From a bacterium HR19 (GTDB lineage: Bacteria > Calescibacteriota > Calescibacteriia > Calescibacteriales > Calescibacteriaceae), in contig BEHV01000004.1 in the NCBI GenBank assembly GCA_002898315.1, forward strand, positions 78,383 through 142,382: 64,000 bases of DNA. The letters run 5' to 3'. The position numbers and the translations under genes are program-made. Under the pieces are notes generated by a model. The model was not told the DNA's origin. It made no database searches and saw only the letters and a program-made list of their open reading frames with translations. Of the stretch, positions 39,529-50,271 are shown piece after piece; the first letter of the stretch is position 1, and each line of letters opens with the position of its first letter.

Positions 39529-41892
39529 TCAGTGCAAAACAGCTGTCCCCTCATCTTGTTCCGCTAATCTGCCCTTCCATATCTTCTCCTTCGGAGCATC
39601 AAGAGAAAGCTCCACAACCTCGTCCATATGCTCAACAAGCTTTATGTTCAGGTCTTTGAGTATCTCCTTCGGAACATCTTCTAAATCCTTCTCGTTCTCC
39701 TTCGGTATTATAACGTTCTTTATGTTATATCTGTGAGCTGCGAGGAGCTTTTCTTTTATACCACCTATTGGAAGAACTCTACCACGAAGCGTTATCTCTC
39801 CCGTCATAGAAACATCAGCTCTCACAGGAATTTTCGTAAGGGCAGATATTATGGCAGTAGCGATGGTTATCCCGGCAGAGGGACCATCTTTTGGAACCGC
39901 TCCCTCTGGCACATGAACGTGTATATCTGTCTTTGAGTAGAAGTCAGGGTCAATTCCCAGCTCTCTTGCTCTTGACCTCACATAAGATATAGCTGCTTTT
40001 ACAGATTCTTGCATTACATCACCGAGCTTCCCTGTTATAGTGAGCCGTCCTGAACCTGGCAATATTGAGACCTCTATCATAAGAACATCACCACCAAACT
40101 CGGTCCACGCAAGACCTCTTGCAACTCCAACGAGCGGTTTTGAATCAACGTCAGATGGCTTGAACTTCGGAGGTCCCAAGAACTTCAGAACATCTTTCAC
40201 ATTTATAGTGAACTTCGGATTTGATTTTATATCTATGTTCTGCTCAACTATCTTTTTAGATACTTTTCTTATAACATTTCCTATCTCTCTTTCAAGGTTT
40301 CTCACCCCTGCTTCTCTTGTATATTCTCTTATTATCTTGTAAAGAGCTTCTTTTGTGAAATTAACCGTATCTTCATTAAGCCCAGAGTTCTTCGCTTGCT
40401 TCGGTATCAAAAACCTTCTGGCTATCTCGTATTTTTCATGCTCGGTGTATCCCGGAATTCTTATAACCTCCATTCTATCAAGTAAAGGAGCAGGAATAGA
40501 GTATGTCACATTCGCCGTGCAGATGAAAAATACTTCCGAAAGGTCATACTCAATATCTATGTAGTGATCAAGGAAAGAGTGGTTTTGTTCTGGGTCTAAA
40601 ACTTCAAGCAGAGCTGCTGCTGGGTCTCCTCTGAAATCAGCACAGAGTTTATCAACCTCATCAAGCAGGAAGACCGGGTTCTTCGTTCCCGCTTTCCTCA
40701 TCATCTGAATTATCCTTCCCGGAAGAGCTCCTATATAAGTTCTTCTATGTCCTCTTATTTCCGCCTCATCTCTTACCCCTCCAAGAGAAAGACGTACGAA
40801 CTTTCTGCCTGTTGCTCTCGCTATTGATTTGCCAAGAGATGTCTTACCAACACCGGGAGGACCAACAAAACACAAAATGGGAGCTTTTGAAGGTCCAGCT
40901 AATTTTCTCACAGCAAGGTATTCAATAATTCTCTCTTTAACTTTCTCAAGCCCCCAGTGATCTTCATCAAGAATTTTTTTTGCCTCTTTGAGATCAAGTT
41001 TATCTTCGCTTCTTTCGGTCCACGGAAGTGAAAGTAGCCAATCAACATAATTTCTCACAACAGTTGCCTCAGCCGCAAGGGGAGTCATAAGTTTGAGCTT
41101 TTTTATTTCCTTCAAAACCACCTCTCTGACTCTTTCGGGGAGGTCTTTTTCTTCTGCTCTTCTTTCAAGTTCCTCTATTTCTTCCCTCCACTCATCTTGA
41201 ATGAAATCACCTTGCCCTATAATTCCGCTTGATTCTCCTCTTCCTCTCGCCCTTACTCTTGCCTTCTTTTCGGACTCAAACTGAGACAATTCTTCTTCAA
41301 TAATTGATTTGAGAATTTTCAATCTTTTGAGGACATCAACTTCATCAAGAAGTGCCTGCTTTTTCTCAATAGGTATAGAAAGTTGAGCAGAAATCACATC
41401 GCAAACTTCCCCGGGATTTTTGATATTGTAAAGTATATCAATATACTCTGATGATATTCTCATATACTTTGCGAGGTTTCTGAAAAGGTCTATAACTTCT
41501 CTTGACATCGCTTTTGCCTCTGGATGAGATTGGTTTATCTCTTCAAGTATCTCAACTTCTGCTGAAAGGAAATCTCCATTATCTATCAACCTTATCATTC
41601 TTGCTCTGTATAATCCCTCAATTATTATTTTTCTGTTTTCGTTAGGGACTCTCTGGTGTCCTTTTATCTTACATATAGTTCCAATCTCATATATATCTTC
41701 TTGTCTTGGTTCGTTTATTCTTGGGTTTTTCTGAGTTGGAAGGAATAGGAGTTTTTCATCTGTTGCTAACGCTTCATCTAATGCTCTCACTGACTTTGGT
41801 CTTCCAACTATAAGAGGCATAACTATATGAGGGAAAGCAATTATGTCTCTTAAAGGTATTGTTGGGAAAACTCTTTTTTCTCCCATAATCAA
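39529..41892 (-). CDS. lon: ATP-dependent protease Lon (LonA)
   Basis: Walker [16 protein letters not shown]. The proteolytic Ser is in [18 protein letters not shown]-terminal LON domain. 787 aa. Confidence 0.95.
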   Translation of the reverse strand: MIMGEKRVFPTIPLRDIIAFPHIVMPLIVGRPKSVRALDEALATDEKLLFLPTQKNPRINEPRQEDIYEIGTICKIKGHQRVPNENRKIIIEGLYRARMIRLIDNGDFLSAEVEILEEINQSHPEAKAMSREVIDLFRNLAKYMRISSEYIDILYNIKNPGEVCDVISAQLSIPIEKKQALLDEVDVLKRLKILKSIIEEELSQFESEKKARVRARGRGESSGIIGQGDFIQDEWREEIEELERRAEEKDLPERVREVVLKEIKKLKLMTPLAAEATVVRNYVDWLLSLPWTERSEDKLDLKEAKKILDEDHWGLEKVKERIIEYLAVRKLAGPSKAPILCFVGPPGVGKTSLGKSIARATGRKFVRLSLGGVRDEAEIRGHRRTYIGALPGRIIQMMRKAGTKNPVFLLDEVDKLCADFRGDPAAALLEVLDPEQNHSFLDHYIDIEYDLSEVFFICTANVTYSIPAPLLDRMEVIRIPGYTEHEKYEIARRFLIPKQAKNSGLNEDTVNFTKEALYKIIREYTREAGVRNLEREIGNVIRKVSKKIVEQNIDIKSNPKFTINVKDVLKFLGPPKFKPSDVDSKPLVGVARGLAWTEFGGDVLMIEVSILPGSGRLTITGKLGDVMQESVKAAISYVRSRARELGIDPDFYSKTDIHVHVPEGAVPKDGPSAGITIATAIISALTKIPVRADVSMTGEITLRGRVLPIGGIKEKLLAAHRYNIKNVIIPKENEKDLEDVPKEILKDLNIKLVEHMDEVVELSLDAPKEKIWKGRLAEQDEGTAVLH

Positions 41893-41985
41893 AAACCTCC
41901 TTTATCTAATTAATTTTATTCATCTGATGTTATTTCGGAGCATTAAGCAGTAAATTTACTTATAAGACAGAACTACACCGAAAAA

Positions 41986-42939
41986 TCAGTCAATTGAGAG
42001 AAAATCAAGAGGGTTAAGAGGTTTTGTCCCTCTTCTTACTTCAAAGTGGAGATGTGGAGTTGTTGCATTTCCCGTCTGACCGACCTTACCTATAACCTGA
42101 CCTCTTTTCACAAATTCATTCTCTTTAACCGTGTTATATTTATTATGAGCATAAACCGTAAAATAATCTCCTTCGTGTTTTATTATGACAACATTTCCGT
42201 ATCCTTTAAGAAAACCCGAAAATATCACAACCCCATCTTCTGCTGCAAGTATATCTGTTCCCTCAGGAGCAGATATGTCTACTCCTTTGTGTTCCCTTCC
42301 GTTTCTATCTCCGAAGTTTGAAATAACTTTACCTTTTACAGGGGGTATAAAAGACAACCTTCCAGAACGAGTCCTATCAGCTGATGCAAGATTTAATTTC
42401 ACAGAACCCTTACTTTCTATCTTTGGCGGTATCTTTTTATCTGACGAGTTTGCTTTTTCTTTCCGAGAAGCGTCTTTTTCATCAGAAATTAAGTTATCAT
42501 CTTGTTTTGTCTTATGAAGAGCAGAGAGAGTTAAGCTTCTTTCATAGCTTTCGTCTTTTATATCAGATTCATCTCCTGCATTTTTTTTATCTTTATTTTC
42601 CGGGTATTGAGTTGTTTTCTTGCTTGTTTCGGTTTTATCTGCGGTTTCCTGCTTCTTCCACTTCACACTTTCACTTTTTGCCTCTTTCCTATCAAGAGGT
42701 ATATATATAACATCACCTTCTTTTAATCCTTCCGGGTCAAATCCCCAGGGAAATTTTTTATTCGCTTCTGATATGTCTTTTTCTGATACTCCGTATTTCC
42801 TTGCTATATCAGACAGGGTCTCTCCTCTTTTAACATGGTGATATATTCCATATCCACAGCCGATAAAATAGAGGAAAAAAGGAAGCACAATCAACCAAAG
42901 CCGTATTTCCCTTTTAGTTTCACAAATTTGCATGGACAT
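41986..42939 (-). CDS. LysM-domain / M23 family metallopeptidase
   Basis: LysM: HHVKRGETLSDIARKYGVS. M23: HKGVDISAPEGTDILAA...GQTGNATTPHLHFEV. Confidence 0.85.
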   Translation of the reverse strand: MSMQICETKREIRLWLIVLPFFLYFIGCGYGIYHHVKRGETLSDIARKYGVSEKDISEANKKFPWGFDPEGLKEGDVIYIPLDRKEAKSESVKWKKQETADKTETSKKTTQYPENKDKKNAGDESDIKDESYERSLTLSALHKTKQDDNLISDEKDASRKEKANSSDKKIPPKIESKGSVKLNLASADRTRSGRLSFIPPVKGKVISNFGDRNGREHKGVDISAPEGTDILAAEDGVVIFSGFLKGYGNVVIIKHEGDYFTVYAHNKYNTVKENEFVKRGQVIGKVGQTGNATTPHLHFEVRRGTKPLNPLDFLSID

Positions 42940-43505
42940 ATCTCCTGTTTTTCGTATCCCTTTCCGTTTTCTACTTTTATAATTTTACTAAGAATTTGTT
43001 CTTCCTCATCGCCAATAGGTATAAGCATTATTCCGTTGTCTTTGAGCTGATGAATAAGAGGTTCAGGAACAGAAGGAGAGGCAGCGGAGACACAAATCCT
43101 ATCGTATGGTGCCAGAAATTCAACACCACAAGAGCCATCTCCTACAACAAAACTCACATTATTCAACCCCAAAAGTGAGATTTTTTCCTTTGCGGAGTCA
43201 GAAAGTGAGCTTATAAATTCTATTGTTACCACCTCTTTGCTCAGCAGAGATAATATAGCGGTATGATAACCTGAACCTGTTCCGACCTCAAGAACTCTTT
43301 CCTCACCTTTGAGTTCAAGATTTTCAGTCATAAGAGCTATTATGTATGGTTGAGATATAGTTTGACCGAAACCTATCGGCAAAGGTTTATCTTCATAAGC
43401 CAAGTGTTGTATGTTTCTCGGAACGAATATATGTCTTGGGACAAAAAGCATAGCCAAAATAACCCTTTGGTCTTTTATTCCCCTGCTCACAAAAAGCTCT
43501 ATCAT
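42891..43505 (-). CDS. pcm: protein-L-isoaspartate O-methyltransferase. Start taken at the internal Met. The 3' end overlaps the M23 peptidase gene start by ~49 nt.
   Basis: VPRHIFVP...QTISQPYIIALMTENLEL...VLEVGTGSGYHTAIL. Confidence 0.85.
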   Translation of the reverse strand: MIELFVSRGIKDQRVILAMLFVPRHIFVPRNIQHLAYEDKPLPIGFGQTISQPYIIALMTENLELKGEERVLEVGTGSGYHTAILSLLSKEVVTIEFISSLSDSAKEKISLLGLNNVSFVVGDGSCGVEFLAPYDRICVSAASPSVPEPLIHQLKDNGIMLIPIGDEEEQILSKIIKVENGKGYEKQEICPCKFVKLKGKYGFG

Positions 43506-43625
43506 CTTTTCTCTCTCATATTTATACTCTTCAAAGTGGTTCAAAATTTCTTTCGTGATGGTAATTTTGAGTTCCTGAGCTTTTTTGAGAAGGTCTTCTA
43601 ATCTTTGCATAAAAATTTTCAGAAT

Positions 43626-45008
43626 TCAGGCGATAATTTTACCTTTGTTTTCTTTTTTAGCTAAAAGGAGTTTTCTATCTGCAAACTCAAATATCTCTCT
43701 TGCATCCTTACACTCTTCGGGAAACTCTGATATACCACCGCTTATAGATATCTTCACCTGATTTTCCCATCCAAGCTGACCTATGAGTTCTGATATTTTT
43801 TCCATTTCTCTCACCGCTTTTCCTCTTGACGCACCCGAAATCAATATAGCAAACTCATCTCCTCCAAACCTTGAAATCACATCTAACCTGCGGAACTCTT
43901 CTTTGAGAATTCTTGCAACTTCAACAAGAACCTTATCACCAAAAGAGTAGCCGTATTTCAAATTTATATCTCTGAAATCGTCAATATCAAAAAGAACAAA
44001 AGAAAAGTTTTGTCCCATACTTATTACTTTTTGGACTTCTTCCATCATTCTTGTTCTGTTGAGGAGACCTGTGAGGTTATCTTTACCATACATGCTCTTT
44101 ATTTGTTTGAGGAGGTTTGAGTTTTTTATAGCTATTGCCAGCTGGTCTGCAACTCTTTTCAGGAGTTCTATTTCTTCGTCGCTGAAAGATGCAACTCCTG
44201 ATTTATTGAAGTTCAAAACACCCATAATTTCGCCACCAAATTTTATGGGGATTGATAAGAACGATCCGTATTCTACGAATTCTCCCTTCCAGTGAAGATA
44301 CCTTCTATCTCTTGCGGTATCTGGGACATATATGTATTCACCAGTTGAGAAAACAAGACCAGATATTCCTTCTGTTGGAGCGAACTTCATATTGCGCAGG
44401 TTTTTTGGAAAACCGTAAAGTGCTTTAACCTCAAGCAAATCCCCATTTTCATTTTTCAGAAGGACAGCCAACTTTTCAACTTTCAGTTTTTCACCTATCA
44501 TCTTGACTACAAAATCAAGAATATCCTCCGCCTCAATGATGGAATTTATCTTTGAAGTTATATCGTATATTATTTGAAGGTGGGAAACTTTCTCCTCCAT
44601 CTTCTTTATTCTGTCGCTTGCAGTTTTAAGTTCTTTTCTCAATCTATCAACCCCTTCAACATTCGCATACTTTATCATGTTCTCAAGCTCTATTTTCTGG
44701 ACCTCATACTCCTGAATTCTCTTCAAAAGAAACTCCATAGCATTTATGAACAAGTGATACTGTTGCGGTAATCTTTTTTTTAGAGAACCTATATCTACAT
44801 ATTCTGGAAAATCCTTTACATCTTTGATTATATCATTTGCGGTTTTGAACTCTCTTTCTTTGACTTTAGATTTCAAAAATACTCCTAAAAGGAGCAAGAG
44901 CAAGGAAATGACAATTTTATAGTTAACCTCAATATCGCTTACCCCTACAAGAAAAGATAAGATAACTGAAAGTATAAGTGGAATGTCTGCTCTCTCCAGA
45001 ATTTTCAT
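43626..45008 (-). CDS. membrane-anchored GAF-domain diguanylate cyclase (GGDEF)
   Basis: RFGGDEFAIL is the active-site motif. GAF-like region. N-terminal TM helices. Confidence 0.85.
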   Translation of the reverse strand: MKILERADIPLILSVILSFLVGVSDIEVNYKIVISLLLLLLGVFLKSKVKEREFKTANDIIKDVKDFPEYVDIGSLKKRLPQQYHLFINAMEFLLKRIQEYEVQKIELENMIKYANVEGVDRLRKELKTASDRIKKMEEKVSHLQIIYDITSKINSIIEAEDILDFVVKMIGEKLKVEKLAVLLKNENGDLLEVKALYGFPKNLRNMKFAPTEGISGLVFSTGEYIYVPDTARDRRYLHWKGEFVEYGSFLSIPIKFGGEIMGVLNFNKSGVASFSDEEIELLKRVADQLAIAIKNSNLLKQIKSMYGKDNLTGLLNRTRMMEEVQKVISMGQNFSFVLFDIDDFRDINLKYGYSFGDKVLVEVARILKEEFRRLDVISRFGGDEFAILISGASRGKAVREMEKISELIGQLGWENQVKISISGGISEFPEECKDAREIFEFADRKLLLAKKENKGKIIA

Positions 45009-45153
45009 TTTTCCCTCTCCTTTCCCTTACCAAATGTAAAATTAAGGCAGAAAAGAAAAATTCAAAAATTTTGCCAGCAAGATTACAAGTAATAATCGGA
45101 AAGCTATTTCAGATAACTCGCAGTTTGTTTTTTGAGGATTAAAATTTAATAAG

Positions 45154-46128
45154 ATGCTTGATATAAGATTAAGCTTCTCACAAAGAGAGAGAGAACCGTG
45201 GTTCTTTGAATACAAAGACCAAGGCGACGGCGACTCAGATTTATACAAAGAGATAGTAGAAATTGAAGAAAGTAGAGACAAAAAAATATCATTACAAAAT
45301 TGCTCTCAAAATGAGATAGGTTTCGTTTTTGTAGATGGAGTCCTTGACAAGATAGGAGAAGGCAAAATAAAAATTTCAGAAAGAGAGAGCGAGTTCCTTC
45401 TTTTTTCAATGTGTGTCGGATGCGGATTTGAAAACGGTCAGCTGATAGAAAAAAATATAGAAAATATCTTCTGGATAGTTGAGGACCAACATATAAACGA
45501 GATAAAAGAGATAGAAAGAAAAACAGAATGCAAAATAATCGCAACACGAGAAGCAAGATACGCATATTCAGAAATACTTCAAACAATGAGAGAAAAAGAG
45601 ATAAAAATGGCTCTGAAAGTTTCCGAAAGAATGCAAAATATTTCAAAAAAAATCATGTTCTTTATACTTGATGGTCCAATATACCATACCAAATTAGATG
45701 AACTTAAAAACAGGGGAATTTTCTGCGGAATTGTGAAAAACCCAGAAAAACTATACGGAACAGCCAAAGAAGAAATATCAGAGCTCAAAATCGGAGAGAG
45801 AACAAAACTCAAAAAAGTTATCTTCTCAAAAAGAGAAGAACTATCAAAAAAAGAAAAGTTCTTTTTCTTTATGAAAGTGGGAAAACACAAACAGCAACTT
45901 ATAAGAGTGGACTTTCTCCCAGAAGATGAAGAAAAATTAGAACCTTTTTCTATCGCAGAAATTTTAAAAGAGAAAATATCTATGTGGGCTTCAGATATAG
46001 GAGACAGAGCCCCAGAAAACCTAACTCCAATAAGAATACTTGAAAACAGATTGAGAGCCATAAAAGGAGACAAAAAGATAATCCAGAGAAAAATAAAAAA
46101 TAAAATAGAACTCCCACTCTTACCTTGA
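45154..46128 (+). CDS. hypothetical protein, possible NurA-like (RNase H-fold) nuclease
   Basis: Spaced motifs FVFVDGVLDK, IFWIVEDQ and MFFILDGPIYH are in the D...E...D...H order of NurA. This is pattern recognition only. Confidence 0.3.
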   Translation: MLDIRLSFSQREREPWFFEYKDQGDGDSDLYKEIVEIEESRDKKISLQNCSQNEIGFVFVDGVLDKIGEGKIKISERESEFLLFSMCVGCGFENGQLIEKNIENIFWIVEDQHINEIKEIERKTECKIIATREARYAYSEILQTMREKEIKMALKVSERMQNISKKIMFFILDGPIYHTKLDELKNRGIFCGIVKNPEKLYGTAKEEISELKIGERTKLKKVIFSKREELSKKEKFFFFMKVGKHKQQLIRVDFLPEDEEKLEPFSIAEILKEKISMWASDIGDRAPENLTPIRILENRLRAIKGDKKIIQRKIKNKIELPLLP

Positions 46129-46145
46129 AAAGAAGCAGAAAAAAT

Positions 46146-46961
46146 TTAAAAACTGGGTTTTTTCTCCTCTTGAATTAATCTTTCTAAGTCCAATATAGAT
46201 TTCTGAACTTTCTCATCTATTTCCCTTTCATCAAGTTTTCTCTTGCATAGTTCCTTTTTTTTGAAGAGAATGAAAAATTCCATATTCCCAGATGAACCAA
46301 GAGGGAAAGAGAAAGTTATATCCTGAACCCAGAAAATATCTTCAACCTGAGATATAACTTTTTTTATAGCGAGAGAGATGAGTTTTTTGTCTTTCAAAAT
46401 TCCATCTTTGAGGAATTTGCGTGGGACTTCAAAATTCGGTTTGCACAGGAGCAAAACATCAGGAATAAACTTTATGTTTCTCAGAATCGGGATAGAAGAA
46501 GTGAAAGAGACATCACACGAAGCGAAATCTATTTTCTCATCAAAATCCTCTTCGCGTATATACTTTGCATCCACGCCCTCCATGATTACAACTCTCAGGT
46601 CCCTTCTCAGTTTATCTGCGAGAAGTCCTTTTCCTATATCTATCGCATATACCTTTTTTGCTCCCGCTGAAAGGAGGAACTGAGTAAATCCACCCGTAGA
46701 GCTTCCTATATCTGCACAGACCTTCCCTTCAACGCTCAAATTCAACCTCTCAAAAGCTCCCTTTATTTTGAGAAAACCACGAGAAACATAATCTATGTTC
46801 TCCTCAAGCTCTATCACAGAGTTCTCTTCAACCATTTGAGATGGTTTTAAAACATACGAGCCATTTACCTTGACTTTTCCGGAGATTATAAGTTCTTTTG
46901 CTTTCTCCCGCGACTCAACAATTCCCTTTTTCACAAGAAGAACATCAATCCTTTCTTTCAT
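46146..46961 (-). CDS. tlyA: TlyA-family rRNA 2'-O-methyltransferase (S4 domain + FtsJ-like MTase)
   Basis: N-terminal S4 region RIDVLLVKKGIVESREKAKELIISGKV. VSRGFLKIKGAFE...CADIGSSTGGFTQFLLSAGAKKVYAIDIG. Confidence 0.85.
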   Translation of the reverse strand: MKERIDVLLVKKGIVESREKAKELIISGKVKVNGSYVLKPSQMVEENSVIELEENIDYVSRGFLKIKGAFERLNLSVEGKVCADIGSSTGGFTQFLLSAGAKKVYAIDIGKGLLADKLRRDLRVVIMEGVDAKYIREEDFDEKIDFASCDVSFTSSIPILRNIKFIPDVLLLCKPNFEVPRKFLKDGILKDKKLISLAIKKVISQVEDIFWVQDITFSFPLGSSGNMEFFILFKKKELCKRKLDEREIDEKVQKSILDLERLIQEEKKPSF

Positions 46962-46982
46962 ATCAGGTATTCTATGAAAAAA

Positions 46983-48530
46983 TTATTTTTGCTCATAAGT
47001 TGAGTGTGTAATAGATGAGATTTTCGGAGGAATCCACCCCCCAAAAGCCCTTTCAATCTCATTAGCCACTCTTATTGTAAGATGGTCATTACCCCAAGAG
47101 CCAACAATTTGAACTCCCAGAGGAAGCCCATTCCTTCCAATTCCTAACGGAGCGCATGTTGAAGGGAAACCCAGAACATTGAATATTCCTGTGAATTGTC
47201 CCGGGTCAAGGAGACGAAAGATAGGGAGATAATGGGGTGGAGCAGTTGAAGAAAAAGGAGGATAAAGCATAACACCATCATCTCCCATCTCCTCGGTCAA
47301 AATTCTTTTTAGTTCTTCATAAAGCTTGAAAATCTTCTCTGCTCTTTTACCCTTGAAAAATGGGAACTGCTCTAAGACACAAAGGATTATAAGAGGAAGA
47401 GTGTGGCGAGACCTTCCAAAAATCCACCTGAAAAGCTCAAGGAACGGAGAAAAATTCCCATCCTTCTCCATAAGTTCTGAAAGAGTGATTTCAGACGCAT
47501 TTTCCATCATGGTAAAGTAAATCTCAAAAGCGCTTTTCAGAAAAGGGATTTTCTTCTGCTCAACTTTCAGACCTATCGTTTTGAAAAACTCTGCTACCCT
47601 CTTTTGAGCGAACAAAATTTCTCTGCTTACCGGCAAAAATCCCTCGTAAAGAGGTGAGATAATTCTTACACTGCTTAGCTTAACATTATCTGGCTCCTTC
47701 AGTTCAATCTCTTTGCAGTTTTTGTCTTTTCCATCGGGACCGGAGATGATTTTGAGAAGAGGGAAGAGGTCTTCTGCTCTTTTCGCAAGAGGTCCGATAG
47801 TCAAAAATTTCAGAGCATCCCCTTTGGGAGCGGGCCAGTGTCCCGTTGTTGGGACAATCTGAGCAGATGGTTTATGTCCGAATATCCCGCAGAAGAAAGC
47901 AGGAATCCTTATTGAACCACCTATATCTGAACCAAGACCAAAAGGAGAAGCACCAGAAGATATTATAGCTCCTTCGCCTCCGGAACTTCCCCCCGGAGTC
48001 CTCCGAAGGTCATACGGGTTATTTGTTCTACCATAGATTGTGTTGTAGCATTCTATCCACATAGCAAGTTCAGGAGAGTTAGTGATTCCGAGAATTATGC
48101 ATCCCGCAGATTTCAATCTTTCCACAGCGGTTGCGTCTTCATCAGCTATATATCTTCTGTAATAAACTCCGCCTGTGTTCGGCATTCCTTTAAGAAACAG
48201 GGTCTCTTTCACAGTGCATGGGACTCCCCAGTAAATAGGTAGGTTTTCCGGCTTTGCCTGCTTTCTCGCTTCGTCTGCTTTTTTTGCTTCTTCAAGAGCG
48301 AGTTCAAATCTTTCTGCTACAACAGCGTTGAGAAAGCGATTTACTTTTTTTATCTGTTTTATGTGAATTTCAACAACTCTCTGGGACGAGATTTTTCCGT
48401 TCTTTATCATTCTGGCTATTTGAAGTCCTGAAAGAAGGAGTATATCTTTTTCGTCTTGAATCTCACCTTCAAGAATTTTTTGTTCTATCTGGACTCTCTG
48501 CTGGGACTTTTTTCTTTTCTTTTTCTCCAT
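46983..48530 (-). CDS. amidase-signature family protein (GatA-like amidase)
   Basis: GGSSGGEGAIISSGASPFGLGSDIGGSIRIPA is the amidase signature with the catalytic Ser. Confidence 0.85.
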   Translation of the reverse strand: MEKKKRKKSQQRVQIEQKILEGEIQDEKDILLLSGLQIARMIKNGKISSQRVVEIHIKQIKKVNRFLNAVVAERFELALEEAKKADEARKQAKPENLPIYWGVPCTVKETLFLKGMPNTGGVYYRRYIADEDATAVERLKSAGCIILGITNSPELAMWIECYNTIYGRTNNPYDLRRTPGGSSGGEGAIISSGASPFGLGSDIGGSIRIPAFFCGIFGHKPSAQIVPTTGHWPAPKGDALKFLTIGPLAKRAEDLFPLLKIISGPDGKDKNCKEIELKEPDNVKLSSVRIISPLYEGFLPVSREILFAQKRVAEFFKTIGLKVEQKKIPFLKSAFEIYFTMMENASEITLSELMEKDGNFSPFLELFRWIFGRSRHTLPLIILCVLEQFPFFKGKRAEKIFKLYEELKRILTEEMGDDGVMLYPPFSSTAPPHYLPIFRLLDPGQFTGIFNVLGFPSTCAPLGIGRNGLPLGVQIVGSWGNDHLTIRVANEIERAFGGWIPPKISSITHSTYEQK

Positions 48531-48601
48531 AACAAAAACTTAAAATTTTTTCAGCTTTTTATGTTTAATGCATTACAATAAATTACCACACAGAGCATTT
48601 A

Positions 48602-49039
48602 TTATTCAAATGGATATATTTTTGATTCTTGGAAATTCACACGAAAAGATTTTTTCTCTCCTCCGAAGCCGAAGATAGTGAGATCAATTTCTGTATATCT
48701 TGATGGTTTTGAGATTTTCAACTCAACATCAAGAAAGAGTGAGTTTACGGGAATGTCTGAGCAATCTTTTGAACTCGGAGCACATAAGCTAATATATTTA
48801 ACATTCACGAGCTTCAAAACGAGGTTCCCTTGAACATCAAAATTCATCTCTTTTATTTTTATCTTGGGATTACTTAAAGAGCTTACTCCTCTTGATGCAC
48901 ATGAGGAGACAAAAAAACACAAAAAGAACCAGAGAAAAACAGAAGAAAAAAATAATTTTGATATAACAAAAATGTTTCCATACTTTGATAGAATGTTTTT
49001 GATAGGGTGTTTTCTTTTTCTGCAAAAGCTTTTTTCCAT
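48602..49039 (-). CDS. hypothetical lipoprotein. Start guessed at an internal Met; lipobox VSSC.
   Basis: Hydrophobic signal region followed by VSSCASRG and a beta-rich C-terminus. No family recognised. Confidence 0.3.
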   Translation of the reverse strand: MEKSFCRKRKHPIKNILSKYGNIFVISKLFFSSVFLWFFLCFFVSSCASRGVSSLSNPKIKIKEMNFDVQGNLVLKLVNVKYISLCAPSSKDCSDIPVNSLFLDVELKISKPSRYTEIDLTIFGFGGEKKSFRVNFQESKIYPFE

Positions 49040-49074
49040 CGTTGAAAACAAAAGCTTAATCTTAAATTTTTGAG

Positions 49075-50244
49075 ATGGATGAAAGAAAGAAAAACAGGTT
49101 GAAGAGAAACCTGACAAACATAATTGAAGAAGAGGAATTTTTTGAGCTTTTAGATAGCGGGAGGGAGTTGAGGATAAAGTTAGGGATTGACCCAACCGCA
49201 TCGCTGATTCATCTTGGGCATCTCGTTTTGTTTTTCAAACTAAGAGAGTTTCAGGAAGAGGGGCATACTGTCTGCCTCATAATAGGTGATTTCACAGCTC
49301 AAATAGGAGACCCATCGGGCAGAATATCAGCAAGACCCAAAATGAAAAAGGAAGAGGTGAGGGAAAACGCTAAAAACATTCTTGAAAAATGCATGCAGTT
49401 CCTGGTGAAAGAAAAGACAAAAGTGTATTATAACTCTGAATGGTTTGAAAGCATGAGCACATCAGAACTTTTTGAACTCTTCTCAAAATCAACAGTTGCA
49501 AAGATAATCTCACGAGATGATTTCAAAAAAAGAATGGAACAGAATGAACCGCTTTTTGTCCATGAATTTTTATATCCTTTCCTGCAAGCTTACGATTCGG
49601 TAGTCGTCAGAGCAGACATAGAGTTAGGTGGAAACGACCAACTTTTCAACCTGCTCCTTGGAAGAGAGATAATGAGAGAGTACGGACTTAAACCGCAGGT
49701 ATGTATCACAACACCAATTTTAGAGGGACTTGACGGAAAACTGAAAATGTCAAAAACCTATGGGAACTACATATCTCCTGACGAAAAAGCAGAAGATATA
49801 TTTGGCAAACTTATGGGAGTAGATGACAACCTTATCTTCAAGTATGCAAAACTTCTCGGAAGATACGAAAGCGATGACGAAATTGAGGATTTGAAAAAAC
49901 TGCATCCGTTTGAAGCAAAAATTCAAATTGCTTTCAGAATAACAAAAATCTTAAAAGGAGAAGAAGAAGCAAAAAGGGCTATGGATTGGTTCAACAAAGT
50001 GATAAGAGAAAGAGAAATACCAGAAGATATACCAGAAATAGAGGCAAATGAAGGAGATATACTGCAAAAAGTCCTAAAAGAGAAGGGATTTATAAAGAGT
50101 GTATCTGAAGCTATAAGAATCACCGAATCGGGGGGCATATACATAAATGGAGAACAAATAAAAGAAAAATTCTTTCAGTTGAAAAAAGGAGAATACAGAG
50201 TAAGAATTGGAAAAACAAAATTCGTAAGAGTAAAAGTGAAGTGA
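49075..50244 (+). CDS. tyrS: tyrosyl-tRNA synthetase (class I, with C-terminal S4-like domain)
   Basis: HIGH-type motif GIDPTASLIHLGHLV. KMSKS-type motif KMSKTYGN. C-terminal S4 fold. Confidence 0.85.
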   Translation: MDERKKNRLKRNLTNIIEEEEFFELLDSGRELRIKLGIDPTASLIHLGHLVLFFKLREFQEEGHTVCLIIGDFTAQIGDPSGRISARPKMKKEEVRENAKNILEKCMQFLVKEKTKVYYNSEWFESMSTSELFELFSKSTVAKIISRDDFKKRMEQNEPLFVHEFLYPFLQAYDSVVVRADIELGGNDQLFNLLLGREIMREYGLKPQVCITTPILEGLDGKLKMSKTYGNYISPDEKAEDIFGKLMGVDDNLIFKYAKLLGRYESDDEIEDLKKLHPFEAKIQIAFRITKILKGEEEAKRAMDWFNKVIREREIPEDIPEIEANEGDILQKVLKEKGFIKSVSEAIRITESGGIYINGEQIKEKFFQLKKGEYRVRIGKTKFVRVKVK

Positions 50245-50271
50245 ATTTCTTACACAAATGCGTTAATTTTT

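Noticed and set aside
39263-39567. Plus-strand ORFs at 39263-39454 and 39346-39567
   Set aside because: They run through the minus-strand tRNA-Leu(GAG) and into lon antisense. Spurious.
48864-49074. Possible T-box leader upstream of tyrS
   Set aside because: Only ~35 nt separate tyrS from the divergent upstream gene. There is no room for a ~250-nt T-box, and no specifier or T-box sequence is visible.
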